From a bacterium (GTDB lineage: Bacteria > Fidelibacterota > Fidelibacteria > Fidelibacterales > Fidelibacteraceae), in NCBI GenBank assembly GCA_963676395.1, contig OY781066.1:1152001-1216000 (forward strand): DNA of 64,000 nt, written 5' to 3'. Both the position numbers and the translations under genes were made by a program. Shown here in pieces: positions 49,189 through 58,756 of this stretch. The notes beneath the pieces were generated by a model. It was not told the origin of the DNA. It did not search any database and worked only from the letters and a program-made list of their open reading frames with translations. Position 1 is the first letter of the stretch. Every line of letters starts with the position of its first letter.

Positions 49189-52160
49189 CGGATTTTAACA
49201 TAATAGAGTATTATAATAAATATAAGTATGGCGATGGCATATTGCGTCAGCTTATGCAATTTCGTGTTAAAAAAATTCTTTTGATATCGACAGTTTACGA
49301 TGCGTTTGTTTTTGAGCGGGATGCGCTTTTAGGAGAGCAAGTATTTGGTGAGTACATGGAGCTGAATTTATCATCACCTCCGGTGATCGAAGCGGTACCT
49401 ACCGGAGAAGAAGCTTTAAAGCGTATGGAAGTAGAAAAGTTCGATTTGGTAATCACCACTTTACATACGGGCAAGACATCTCCTTTTGATGTTTTGAATA
49501 GTATTAGAGAATGCAATGATGATATACCTGTAGTATTATTGTTGACTTCTATGGCCGATATGAATGTGGTTGAAGAAAGGTTAGATCCGGATAAAGCGTT
49601 TGACGAAATTTTTGTTTGGAAGGGAGATGCTAATCTGTTTCTAGCCATTATTAAGAGTATAGAAGACAAGAAGAATATTGCCTTTGATACAAAAGTTGGC
49701 CTTGTTCGTGTGATTATGTTGGTTGAGGACTCTCCACATTTTTACTCGATGTTTTTACCATTATTGTATGAGGAGGTTGTAAAGCAAACTCAACATTTAA
49801 TTATTGAAGAATTGAACGAACGAGAAAAACGCCACCGGATGCGTGCGCGCCCCAAGGTAGTTCTTGCAAAAAATTTTGAAGAAGCTATAGAGATATACGA
49901 AACTTATAAAAATAATCTTGTTGCAATTTTTACGGACATGCGCTTTACGAGAGAGGGCAAAGAGGATGATGAAGCGGGACTTCGCCTGTTGGAAACTTTA
50001 CATGAGCGAGGCAGTGATCTTGCCACGTTAATACTATCCTCAGAGGCAGAAAACGAGGAGAAGGCGAAAAAAGCCGATACAGCTTTTCTTCATAAGCACA
50101 GTAAACATATGTTGCATAAACTGAGAAATTTTATTATGGAGAATCTTGGTTTCGGTGATTTTATTTTCAGAGATCAGTTTGGTAATGTTTTAGATCGAGC
50201 AGGTTATTTGGCTGAATTCGAAGAAAAGCTTCAATTTATTCCCGAAGAATCCATCATTTACCATGCGGAAAAAAATCACTTTTCGGCATGGCTTATGGCC
50301 AGGGGGGAAGTGGAATTGGCTCGAAATATTCGTAAGATGAAACGCAAGGATTTTGAGAGCATTGAGGCTATGAGACGATATCTTGTATTAAAAGTTTTAG
50401 AAGTACAAAAATTGAGAAATCGTGGTGAAATAATACGCTTTCATCAATACAGTATGCCGGATGAAAATGAGATCATTTTATTGTCCGAAGGCTCACTTGG
50501 AGGCAAGGGCCGTGGTTTAGCGTTTTTAAATACCTTGTTAACGAGAATGGATAAGCATAAGCTTTTTGATGGTGTACATGTTTGTTTGCCGAATACAGCT
50601 GCTATTGGAATCAGTGAATATGACGAGTTTATATCAAGAAATCATATAGATTCACAAATTCACGAAGAATTGTCTGATGAAGAGATAGATAGAATATTTC
50701 TTTCAGGTGAATTGTCTGACTCCCTGATACGAAAATTAACACGATTGCTTGAGAGAATACATTATCCAATTGCAGTTCGCTCATCTTCTTTGTTGGAAGA
50801 CAGTTATTCTCAACCGTTTGCGGGCATTTATCGAACCTATATGTTGGCCAATAATGATGAAGATCTCAATGTTAGATTAAGGCAATTGATGGACGCCATA
50901 AAATTAATATATGCTTCATCATATAGTCTTGGTACTCAGCAATATATAGAGCATATTGGGCATCAACTTGATGAAGAAAAGATGGCTGTTATCATTCAGG
51001 AGATTGTTGGAACAAAGAATGAAGACTACTACTACCCTCATATATCGGGAGTTGCTCAGTCGTACAATTTCTATCCAATTGATAATCAGAAGCATAGTGA
51101 TGGTATGGCATCTCTGGCCGTTGGTTTGGGTAAAATGGTAATCGAGGGAGGAAATGTTTATCGCTTTTGTCCAAAGTATCCAAAGGTTTCGTTGATGTCA
51201 ATGGAGGAAGTCATATCATCGGCACAGAGAGATTTTTATGCTTTGGATCTAAAAAGCAATCAATTGGGACTTCGGGGATACGAGTCATTAACATTGAGAA
51301 AACTTCCACTATCTAAGGCAGAAGAGCATGGTCGCTTAAAGCACCTAGCTTCAGTATTCGATTATCAAAATAATCGTTTGTGGCCGGGCTTAGGTCGGCC
51401 GGGGCCTCGGATCATTACTTTTGATAATATTTTAAAATATAATTATTATCCTTTAAGCAGTGCAATTAATCGACTTTTAGAAATTGGTGAAGCAGCCATG
51501 GGTATGCCGGTTGAGATTGAATTTGCAGTAGATTTGGACAAACAAAATAGTGAAAGTGAATATCCAACATTTTATTTATTACAAATTAGACCATTGGCCG
51601 TATCTGCATCGAATACAATTGTTGATCTTGGTCAGCATAAAAAGGATAAGATTATTCTTTATACCGAACAAGGTATGGGAAATGGAGAAATTAATGATCT
51701 AAAAAATATTATATGGTGTTTACCTGATACTTTTTCATCAATTGAAACTCTAGATATTCAAATGGAACTGGATGAAATAAATCGTATGATGAAAGAAGAA
51801 AAAGAGGAATATATATTAATTGGCCCAGGAAGATGGGGAAGCCATGATAGGTTTCTTGGTGTTCCTATTCAATTTGGTCAGATATCTCAAGCTAGGGTCA
51901 TTGTTGAGTCGGGTATAGAAGGTTTTGATATTCCTCCATCTCAAGGAACACATTTTTTCCATAATGTTGTGGCTATGAATATTGGATATTTTTCTGTGCC
52001 ATATCAAAGTGAGGGAGATGATTATGTTAATTGGGATTTGTTATCGACTATGAAATCAAAAGGAAAATGGAAATATTTTAAACATATTAAGCCCCAAAAG
52101 AGTATTTCCGTTAAAATGGATGGAAAAACAGGGAAAGCGATTATATACTTGGATAAATAG
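49185..52160 (+). CDS. Receiver-like domains fused to a PEP-synthase/PPDK N-terminal (ATP-grasp) domain
   Basis: VIMLVEDSP..IFTDMRF receiver-like; GSLGGKGRGL, AVRSSSLLEDS, FAGIYRT, VGLGK, EIEFA, LLQIRP. Confidence 0.8.
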   Translation: MTDFNIIEYYNKYKYGDGILRQLMQFRVKKILLISTVYDAFVFERDALLGEQVFGEYMELNLSSPPVIEAVPTGEEALKRMEVEKFDLVITTLHTGKTSPFDVLNSIRECNDDIPVVLLLTSMADMNVVEERLDPDKAFDEIFVWKGDANLFLAIIKSIEDKKNIAFDTKVGLVRVIMLVEDSPHFYSMFLPLLYEEVVKQTQHLIIEELNEREKRHRMRARPKVVLAKNFEEAIEIYETYKNNLVAIFTDMRFTREGKEDDEAGLRLLETLHERGSDLATLILSSEAENEEKAKKADTAFLHKHSKHMLHKLRNFIMENLGFGDFIFRDQFGNVLDRAGYLAEFEEKLQFIPEESIIYHAEKNHFSAWLMARGEVELARNIRKMKRKDFESIEAMRRYLVLKVLEVQKLRNRGEIIRFHQYSMPDENEIILLSEGSLGGKGRGLAFLNTLLTRMDKHKLFDGVHVCLPNTAAIGISEYDEFISRNHIDSQIHEELSDEEIDRIFLSGELSDSLIRKLTRLLERIHYPIAVRSSSLLEDSYSQPFAGIYRTYMLANNDEDLNVRLRQLMDAIKLIYASSYSLGTQQYIEHIGHQLDEEKMAVIIQEIVGTKNEDYYYPHISGVAQSYNFYPIDNQKHSDGMASLAVGLGKMVIEGGNVYRFCPKYPKVSLMSMEEVISSAQRDFYALDLKSNQLGLRGYESLTLRKLPLSKAEEHGRLKHLASVFDYQNNRLWPGLGRPGPRIITFDNILKYNYYPLSSAINRLLEIGEAAMGMPVEIEFAVDLDKQNSESEYPTFYLLQIRPLAVSASNTIVDLGQHKKDKIILYTEQGMGNGEINDLKNIIWCLPDTFSSIETLDIQMELDEINRMMKEEKEEYILIGPGRWGSHDRFLGVPIQFGQISQARVIVESGIEGFDIPPSQGTHFFHNVVAMNIGYFSVPYQSEGDDYVNWDLLSTMKSKGKWKYFKHIKPQKSISVKMDGKTGKAIIYLDK

Positions 52161-52270
52161 TTGTTAACAGTTTATCCACAAATTTATACACTAGCAATTA
52201 TATTACTTATATGAGGCTAATGTCGTAAGCTAAGGCTGGATTTAGACTAATAAAAGGGGAAATTTCCACA
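52148..52270. promoter_or_regulatory. Second DnaA-box cluster
   Basis: Perfect TTATCCACA at 52172-52180; near-boxes TTATACACT 52184, CTTGGATAA 52148, ATTTCCACA 52262. Confidence 0.5.
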
Positions 52271-52275
52271 GAATT

Positions 52276-52303
52276 AAAAAAGGCTCTCAATCTGAGAGCC
52301 TTT
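52276..52303 (-). terminator. Intrinsic terminator of the RRM gene (possibly bidirectional)
   Basis: AAAGGCTCTCA-ATC-TGAGAGCCTTT. Confidence 0.8.
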
Positions 52304-52322
52304 AAATTATCATAAGATATTA

Positions 52323-52598
52323 TTACCAAGATCTGCGTTCTTGGCGAGGACGTTCTTGGCGAGGACGGGCAAGATTAACTTTTAGGGGACGACCCTGTAG
52401 TTCTTTGCCGTTAACTTCATCGATGGCTTTTTGGCCTTCTTCATCGTTGTCCATTTCGACAAAACCGAAACCTTTTGAGTTACCTGTCATGCGATCTTTA
52501 ATAATGTTCACACTGCTAACTTCGCCAAATTCGGCAAATACAGATTTAAGATCTTCGTCGGTTGTACCGTAAGGCAGGTTTCCTACATAAATGTTCAT
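52323..52598 (-). CDS. RRM-domain RNA-binding protein (Rbp-like)
   Basis: RNP2 IYVGNL, RNP1 KGFGFVEM, Arg-rich tail. Confidence 0.93.
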   Translation of the reverse strand: MNIYVGNLPYGTTDEDLKSVFAEFGEVSSVNIIKDRMTGNSKGFGFVEMDNDEEGQKAIDEVNGKELQGRPLKVNLARPRQERPRQERRSW

Positions 52599-52898
52599 AT
52601 CCATTCCTTATCTTTTTGCGCATCTAATTCTTATTATCATCGATAGTCAATGCACAAACTGAACGATGATCTTTGCCAAACGCTGGCTCAGGATTGTGTT
52701 ACAAGTGAATAGCTTACAACTTTTTTTCCTACTATATCAATGTAAACAGAAGTCAAGATAATAACAAGAAAATAGTATTTTTTTCTAAATAATTCATATT
52801 TAAAAGATTTAAAGCACGAAATTGAAATATTCATGCTTTTATATCAAAGTACTTGAGATTTGCGGTTAGGATGGAAATATCGAAGTCAAATTTTGCTG

Positions 52899-54731
52899 CT
52901 ATTTTGCCAAAAATATGAGTAATACCTGAATATCTGCCGGTGAGATTCCGCGAATACGGCTTGCTTGACCAATGGTGTTTGGACGGAATTTTTTTAATTT
53001 TTCCCTTCCTTCATTTGAAAAGGAAGCGATTTTATCGTAATCGAAATTATCAGGTATTTTTTTAAGATCGAGTTGTTGCATTTTTTGGACTTGTTTGAAT
53101 TGTCTTTCAATGTATCCTTCATAACGCGTCATGACAAAAGCTTGGTCAACCGAGTCAAGAAGCATATCCGGAAAATAATATTTTTGAATAGATAATATTT
53201 TATCTTCCCTACATTTTTCTTGTTTAATTAGAAGGGAAAGTGAATTGGTTGCTTCAATTGAAATATCTAAGGGGTTATCTTTGAGTATACGTGTCTTGGG
53301 AAATTGTGATTTTAATTTATCACTTTCGGATTTTACGCGTTGAAAACTTTCTAGTATCTCAGTGCTTTTGATTCCAATGCTTTTGGCGGCATTTAATAAT
53401 CGGAGATGTGCATTGTCCCATCGCAATAAGAGTCTATATTCGGCAAGTGAAGTAAACATTCGATAAGGTTCTGATGTTTCTTTTGAACAGAGATCGTCAA
53501 TGAGTACCCCCGAATAAGCTTCGTGGCGTTTTAAGATGATAGCATCTTTTGATTCAAGTTTTCTAGCAGCATTCACCGCTGCGATGAATCCTTGAACAGC
53601 CGCTTCTTCATATCCACTGGTTCCATTAATTTGTCCAGCGAAATACAATCCCTCAATATTCTTTGTTTCAAGGGTTCTTTGTATTTGATAGGAGGGGAAG
53701 TAGTCATATTCAATAGCATAACCAATTTTTAGGAATTCTGCATTCTCTAAACCGGGTACAGATCTTAATGCTCGAATTTGTATGTCGGTTGGAAGTGAAG
53801 ATGAAAATCCATTCACATACCACTGTGCCGAACCTTCCCATTCTGGCTCAAGAAAAAGTTGGTGTTGTGGTTTGTCGGAAAAACGGACTATCTTGTCTTC
53901 TATACTTGGACAGTATCTTGGACCTACACCATCAATTTTTCCGGTGTACAAGGGTGATCTATCCAAAGCTGAACGTAATATTTCATGTGTTTTTTCATTT
54001 GTATATGCCAACCAACAAGGAATATTTGGAGGATTAAAATTATTCGTTGTATGGGAGAAAGGACGTGGATCCGGGTCACCATTTTGGATCTCGAGTTTTG
54101 AAAAATCTATAGATCGCTTTGTTAAACGAGAGGGAGTTCCCGTTTTTAAACGTCCGATATCAAAGCCCATATTTTTTAACTGATCGGATATTCCGATCGA
54201 AGGAAGTTCTCCATAGCGTCCTGCCGGAATTTGTAATGATCCTATATGTATTTTGCCACGAAGGAATGTGCCATTTGTAAGAATACAGGCTTTTGCTTTA
54301 ATCAGGGTACCATCATGAAGATAAACTCCACGTAAGTTATCATTTTGTATTTCCAGTCCACGCGCATCCGATTCGATAACATCAAGATTTTCCTGAGAAG
54401 CAATAACGTGCTGCATATATGCTTCATATTTGATTTTATCCGCTTGAGCACGGGGTGACCACACGGCCCGACCCTTTGATCTATTTAATAACTTGAACTG
54501 TATACCCGTTGCATCTATTGCTTTACCCATTTCACCACCAAGCGCATCAAGTTCACGAACCAGGTGGCCTTTTGCCAAACCTCCAATTGAAGGGTTGCAG
54601 CTCATTCTTGCAATAGCTGAAGCTTCGATTGTAATTAATGCGGTGCTGTGTCCAAGTCGAGCTGCTGCGAGGGCCGCTTCAACGCCGGCATGACCACCAC
54701 CGATAACCACGATGTCATAATTTATTTTCAT
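52899..54731 (-). CDS. mnmG: tRNA U34 carboxymethylaminomethyl modification enzyme MnmG (GidA)
   Basis: GGGHAGVEAA, MSCNPSIGG, RLKTGT, GPRYCPSIEDK, AGQINGTSGYEEA. Confidence 0.97.
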   Translation of the reverse strand: MKINYDIVVIGGGHAGVEAALAAARLGHSTALITIEASAIARMSCNPSIGGLAKGHLVRELDALGGEMGKAIDATGIQFKLLNRSKGRAVWSPRAQADKIKYEAYMQHVIASQENLDVIESDARGLEIQNDNLRGVYLHDGTLIKAKACILTNGTFLRGKIHIGSLQIPAGRYGELPSIGISDQLKNMGFDIGRLKTGTPSRLTKRSIDFSKLEIQNGDPDPRPFSHTTNNFNPPNIPCWLAYTNEKTHEILRSALDRSPLYTGKIDGVGPRYCPSIEDKIVRFSDKPQHQLFLEPEWEGSAQWYVNGFSSSLPTDIQIRALRSVPGLENAEFLKIGYAIEYDYFPSYQIQRTLETKNIEGLYFAGQINGTSGYEEAAVQGFIAAVNAARKLESKDAIILKRHEAYSGVLIDDLCSKETSEPYRMFTSLAEYRLLLRWDNAHLRLLNAAKSIGIKSTEILESFQRVKSESDKLKSQFPKTRILKDNPLDISIEATNSLSLLIKQEKCREDKILSIQKYYFPDMLLDSVDQAFVMTRYEGYIERQFKQVQKMQQLDLKKIPDNFDYDKIASFSNEGREKLKKFRPNTIGQASRIRGISPADIQVLLIFLAK

Positions 54732-54787
54732 GGGTGAAATTTACAATATTGGATGCGAAAGACAAACAATTGAATGCCGAATACTGA

Positions 54788-56149
54788 TTACTTTCCAATA
54801 CAGAATTGATCAAAGATATTGTTTAATATATCGTCAGATGTTGTTTGCCCACTGATGTCATCAAGGGCATCAATGGCTTCGCGAATATCTAAAGAAAGAA
54901 ATTCGTTGGACATGCTGTCTCGAGCGGCATTTTGTGTTCTTTCAAGAGCAAACAGACAATTTGAAAGGGCGTTTTTATGACGTTCACGAGTGATCGCAAG
55001 ACTATTGCCATCAACGTGGTAATTTTTCCGAATAAGTTCTTCCATCAGATCACAAAGTTCATGAAGGCCTTCATGATTCAAGGCCGATATATTTATACTT
55101 AGATCGGCATTAATATCTGGTATTGATTGATTTAGGTCATATTTGTTATAAACAACGATCTTTGGAAGTTCAGGGCGCTGCTTTAAAAAGTCTTTTTCAA
55201 ATTTAAGATCCCGATCTCCATCAAGATCAACAATAAGTAATACAAGATCAGCATGTTCAAGGCTTTTCATTGTCCTGTCGGTACCAATTTTTTCAACGGG
55301 ATCACACGTTTCTCTAAGTCCTGCAGTATCAATGAGTTTGAACATAATACCTTTGTGAGTAAAGGACTCTTCGATTGTGTCGCGAGTTGTCCCCGGCACG
55401 TTTGAAATAATAGCACGCTCTTCTTCAAGCAAAGCATTTAAGAGGGAAGACTTTCCCGCATTTGGCTTACCGACGATAGGAACTTTTGCCCCTTCGCGTA
55501 AAATTCTTCCTGAAGAATATGAGTTATATAGTTTCTCAATATGTTCTTTTGCTAAAGAGAGCTTGCCTGTTAACTCAGATTTATCGAGTGTTGTAATTTC
55601 TTGCTCGGAAAAATCCAATTCTAATTCAAGTATCGAAGCAATATCAGTGAGTTCTTTTCTTAAGTTTTTGACTTTATCGGAGAGTTTTCCACTAAGTGTT
55701 TCGCTGGCAATTTTTTTACCTGAATCGGACACTGCATGAATAAGATCTGCGACAGCTTCTGCCTGTAATAGATCCATTTTTCTGTTGATAAAAGCGCGAC
55801 GAGTAAATTCTCCGGGTAGCGCCGGACGAGCGCCCAATTGATAGTATAATTCAAGAATTGCCGGCGCAGCTACGTAACCGCCATGACAGGAAATTTCAAT
55901 AATATCATCTCCGGTATAGGATGCGGGGGCTTTAAAATAAGTAACCACAACCTCATCGATGATCAAATTATTATTTTTATCAATTACTTCGGTAAAGTGA
56001 GCATATCTTGGTTTAAGTTTTTTAGCTTTGATGCCTTTGAGGGCGATTTCGTAGGAATTATTTCCGGATAAACGCAGAACGGCTATTCCACTTTGACCCG
56101 GTGGAGTCGAGAGCGCAATAATGGTATCATCTTGATCAATATATGCCAT
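54788..56149 (-). CDS. mnmE: tRNA modification GTPase MnmE (TrmE)
   Basis: DTIIALST, GKPNAGKSS, GTTRD, DTAG, NKYD, FCIGK. Confidence 0.97.
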   Translation of the reverse strand: MAYIDQDDTIIALSTPPGQSGIAVLRLSGNNSYEIALKGIKAKKLKPRYAHFTEVIDKNNNLIIDEVVVTYFKAPASYTGDDIIEISCHGGYVAAPAILELYYQLGARPALPGEFTRRAFINRKMDLLQAEAVADLIHAVSDSGKKIASETLSGKLSDKVKNLRKELTDIASILELELDFSEQEITTLDKSELTGKLSLAKEHIEKLYNSYSSGRILREGAKVPIVGKPNAGKSSLLNALLEEERAIISNVPGTTRDTIEESFTHKGIMFKLIDTAGLRETCDPVEKIGTDRTMKSLEHADLVLLIVDLDGDRDLKFEKDFLKQRPELPKIVVYNKYDLNQSIPDINADLSINISALNHEGLHELCDLMEELIRKNYHVDGNSLAITRERHKNALSNCLFALERTQNAARDSMSNEFLSLDIREAIDALDDISGQTTSDDILNNIFDQFCIGK

Positions 56150-56150
56150 A

Positions 56151-58739
56151 CTATTTTACCAATAATAGTTTATTATTTGCTAAAGTAATACCGTTTTGAC
56201 TTAATCGACAAATATATATTCCCGAAGAAAGAGTGATGGCATTAAGCTGATACGTATATTTGCCTGAGTACTGATATGTGTCCAGAAGATTAACAACATG
56301 CCGACCGCGAATATCATATAGGTCCAAACGAGTATCTGCATTATTATTTAAAACAAATTCCAGAGTGGTAGTGGGATTAAAGGGATTTGGATATGCCCGT
56401 AAGAGTTCATATGTGTCCGCTTGTCCATCAGCGATACTTGAATGATATTCATTGAGAGCAAAATATATTGCGGGAGTTGCGCCCGAATAACCTAAACCCG
56501 GATTATTTCCGGAGTATTCGCTGTTATTGTATTTAAATAAATAGAAAGAGTTATTTACATAGTCTTTTTTACCTGAATCATGATAGGGAGATGATATAGA
56601 TAGCTTATAGTCATCATCAAATTGAGGATTTTGGGTATAAAGATTATGAATATAGCTGATTGATAATGTATCGCTTAATAGGGACGACGTTCCGTTGTTT
56701 AAACAAGAATTTATAATATCTAAATCTGATTTCTCAATTTCGATTTCATAGTCATTTTCGTTCCATAAGATGCTATTAACAATAGAAGCATTATCACTTT
56801 GATCTTTTAAATAAATAGTGCTGGTATGGTCGCCAAGGCTTTGGTTGTTTACCATGGTTGATTGCAATAAAGAGAGTTTTCCACTGCGTAGGGCAAGAGC
56901 CGCACCTTTGTTTGCGGTGGTGTTGTTTAAAAATAATGAGTTATGGAAACGCAGTTCAGAATTTGTGGTGTATATTGCACCTCCATACTGGCTTATTGCC
57001 AAAGGTTTTGTAAGTGCGCTATCTAAATCTTCAGTATTTGCTGTATTCCCAACGAAATCGGAATAAAATGATATGATCTTCGTGTTGTTTTCGGCAAAAA
57101 TAGCCCCACCGGACGAAGCAACATTGTTTTGAAAAAGTATATTGCTGATATTGGCTGTTGAGGAGTACGAAAGAGTGATTGCACCACCTAAATAGGCTCG
57201 ATTATTTTTAAATTTTAATTTATCCATTTCAAGATTTGTTTCTCGTGCATAGATTGCACCACCGGAAAAATCAGCTTGATTAGAGTCAAATAAAAGATGT
57301 TTTAAATATACATTGGAAGTTTCAAGGTATAAAGCTCCGCCAAGAGTGTAATTTCTATAGAAATAACGACCGCTACCATTTTTTAAGCTTAATCCAAATA
57401 CTTTTAACGAATCAATATTTCTTGCGATGATCACCGGGGAATAGATACTTGTATCTGGAATAAGAACAACCGAATCACGATAGGTGCTATCTTGATTTAG
57501 CACAAATTCAGATGAAATTAACAGCGATTTTTCATCAATGGTAGCTTGACTGTAGTATGTGCCGGGCTTAAAAAGAATGGTGTCCAGGTTATTTGCATAA
57601 TCTACTGCCGCTTGAAGTGTTTTAAAAGGGTAATCCAAAGATCCGTTTCCCCAAATATCATGACCTTCATTTGTTACCCAAAGGCTTGTGGTATCATTAA
57701 GGAGCATATAACGTTCCGATTCATAGGCTCCCATATCGGGTGGCGCCCACTCGGGGTAGGGCCTGGCCTTTCCACTGAGATCATATCGGATGATCCCGTT
57801 AGTATCGGGATCTGCAGCAGAAATACAGGGGGAAATATCTAAGAGGTGAGGTTCAGATGAGCTTGAGTCAACGTGTGGATTGATGAAAATATTTCCATTT
57901 CCTGGAAAGTTTTCGGCAAGTGAGGAATAGTTTATTTCACATTGTGCAATGTCATATGGTGGATTATTCTCAAGGATAGAAGAGGTTATGGTTACATATG
58001 AGTTTGAAAATCTCCAGTCATCTGTAGTACTTTCATTATAATACGACGTGATAAAATCAAAATACCCGTAAGAAGAATTAAAATCATATAGATATGATGA
58101 GCATGTATTGGCGTGGTTTGCCAGGTTCTTTACGGCATAGGATGAATTATTGTTCAGTACTAGCATAGATTTGACAATGTTATTTTTCCATGTTGAATTG
58201 ACCATATTTAACGTGGAATTATCTAATGAAATCAAGCTACATGTGTTTGAATCTAAATTGTAAAACTGTGAATTTGTATCAGTAACTGAAGAGTTAATGA
58301 TTTTTAGTGGATTTGAATTAAAGTGTACAGCATTAATGATAATATTTAGTGAGTTTTCAATAATCACACCACCACCATTCCCGACATCACTTTTATCAAA
58401 AAGGAAACCTTTTATCTGCGAGTTATCGGCATTGCGAATGGTTAAAAGCGGTTGAGAGTTTAAAGAATCAAAAAGTGCCGCACCCGAAGCAATGCTATAG
58501 GATGAGGGATTATTTATGTAGTTACTTGATAAGAGATAGATGGTTTTGTCAATGATCTCAATGGGGCCGGCGTTTTGATGAGCACCTTTAACCAGAATTG
58601 TATCACCGCTTATAGATGAATCAATTGCGGCTTGAATGGTTTTTATACTTAGACTGTCGTTTTCCGAAACATACCATGTGCTTGCAAATAGGGTTGAGCA
58701 TGATAATATTAATAACGCAATGACGAAAAATCGTTTCAT
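56151..58739 (-). CDS. Secreted beta-helix (pectin-lyase-like/Pmp-type repeat) protein with T9SS type-A-like C-terminal domain
   Basis: Signal peptide; two TIQAAID/TLQAAVD starts; GGAI and FxxN repeats; PDMGAYE; C-terminal AYPNPFNP..LYDIRGR..LSSGIY..KLLLVK. Confidence 0.78.
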   Translation of the reverse strand: MKRFFVIALLILSCSTLFASTWYVSENDSLSIKTIQAAIDSSISGDTILVKGAHQNAGPIEIIDKTIYLLSSNYINNPSSYSIASGAALFDSLNSQPLLTIRNADNSQIKGFLFDKSDVGNGGGVIIENSLNIIINAVHFNSNPLKIINSSVTDTNSQFYNLDSNTCSLISLDNSTLNMVNSTWKNNIVKSMLVLNNNSSYAVKNLANHANTCSSYLYDFNSSYGYFDFITSYYNESTTDDWRFSNSYVTITSSILENNPPYDIAQCEINYSSLAENFPGNGNIFINPHVDSSSSEPHLLDISPCISAADPDTNGIIRYDLSGKARPYPEWAPPDMGAYESERYMLLNDTTSLWVTNEGHDIWGNGSLDYPFKTLQAAVDYANNLDTILFKPGTYYSQATIDEKSLLISSEFVLNQDSTYRDSVVLIPDTSIYSPVIIARNIDSLKVFGLSLKNGSGRYFYRNYTLGGALYLETSNVYLKHLLFDSNQADFSGGAIYARETNLEMDKLKFKNNRAYLGGAITLSYSSTANISNILFQNNVASSGGAIFAENNTKIISFYSDFVGNTANTEDLDSALTKPLAISQYGGAIYTTNSELRFHNSLFLNNTTANKGAALALRSGKLSLLQSTMVNNQSLGDHTSTIYLKDQSDNASIVNSILWNENDYEIEIEKSDLDIINSCLNNGTSSLLSDTLSISYIHNLYTQNPQFDDDYKLSISSPYHDSGKKDYVNNSFYLFKYNNSEYSGNNPGLGYSGATPAIYFALNEYHSSIADGQADTYELLRAYPNPFNPTTTLEFVLNNNADTRLDLYDIRGRHVVNLLDTYQYSGKYTYQLNAITLSSGIYICRLSQNGITLANNKLLLVK

Positions 58740-58756
58740 ATATCCCCGGCTTAATG

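Noticed and set aside
49185..52160. Calling this gene ppsA/ppdK
   Set aside because: No room for the C-terminal PEP/pyruvate barrel, and it carries N-terminal receiver-like domains
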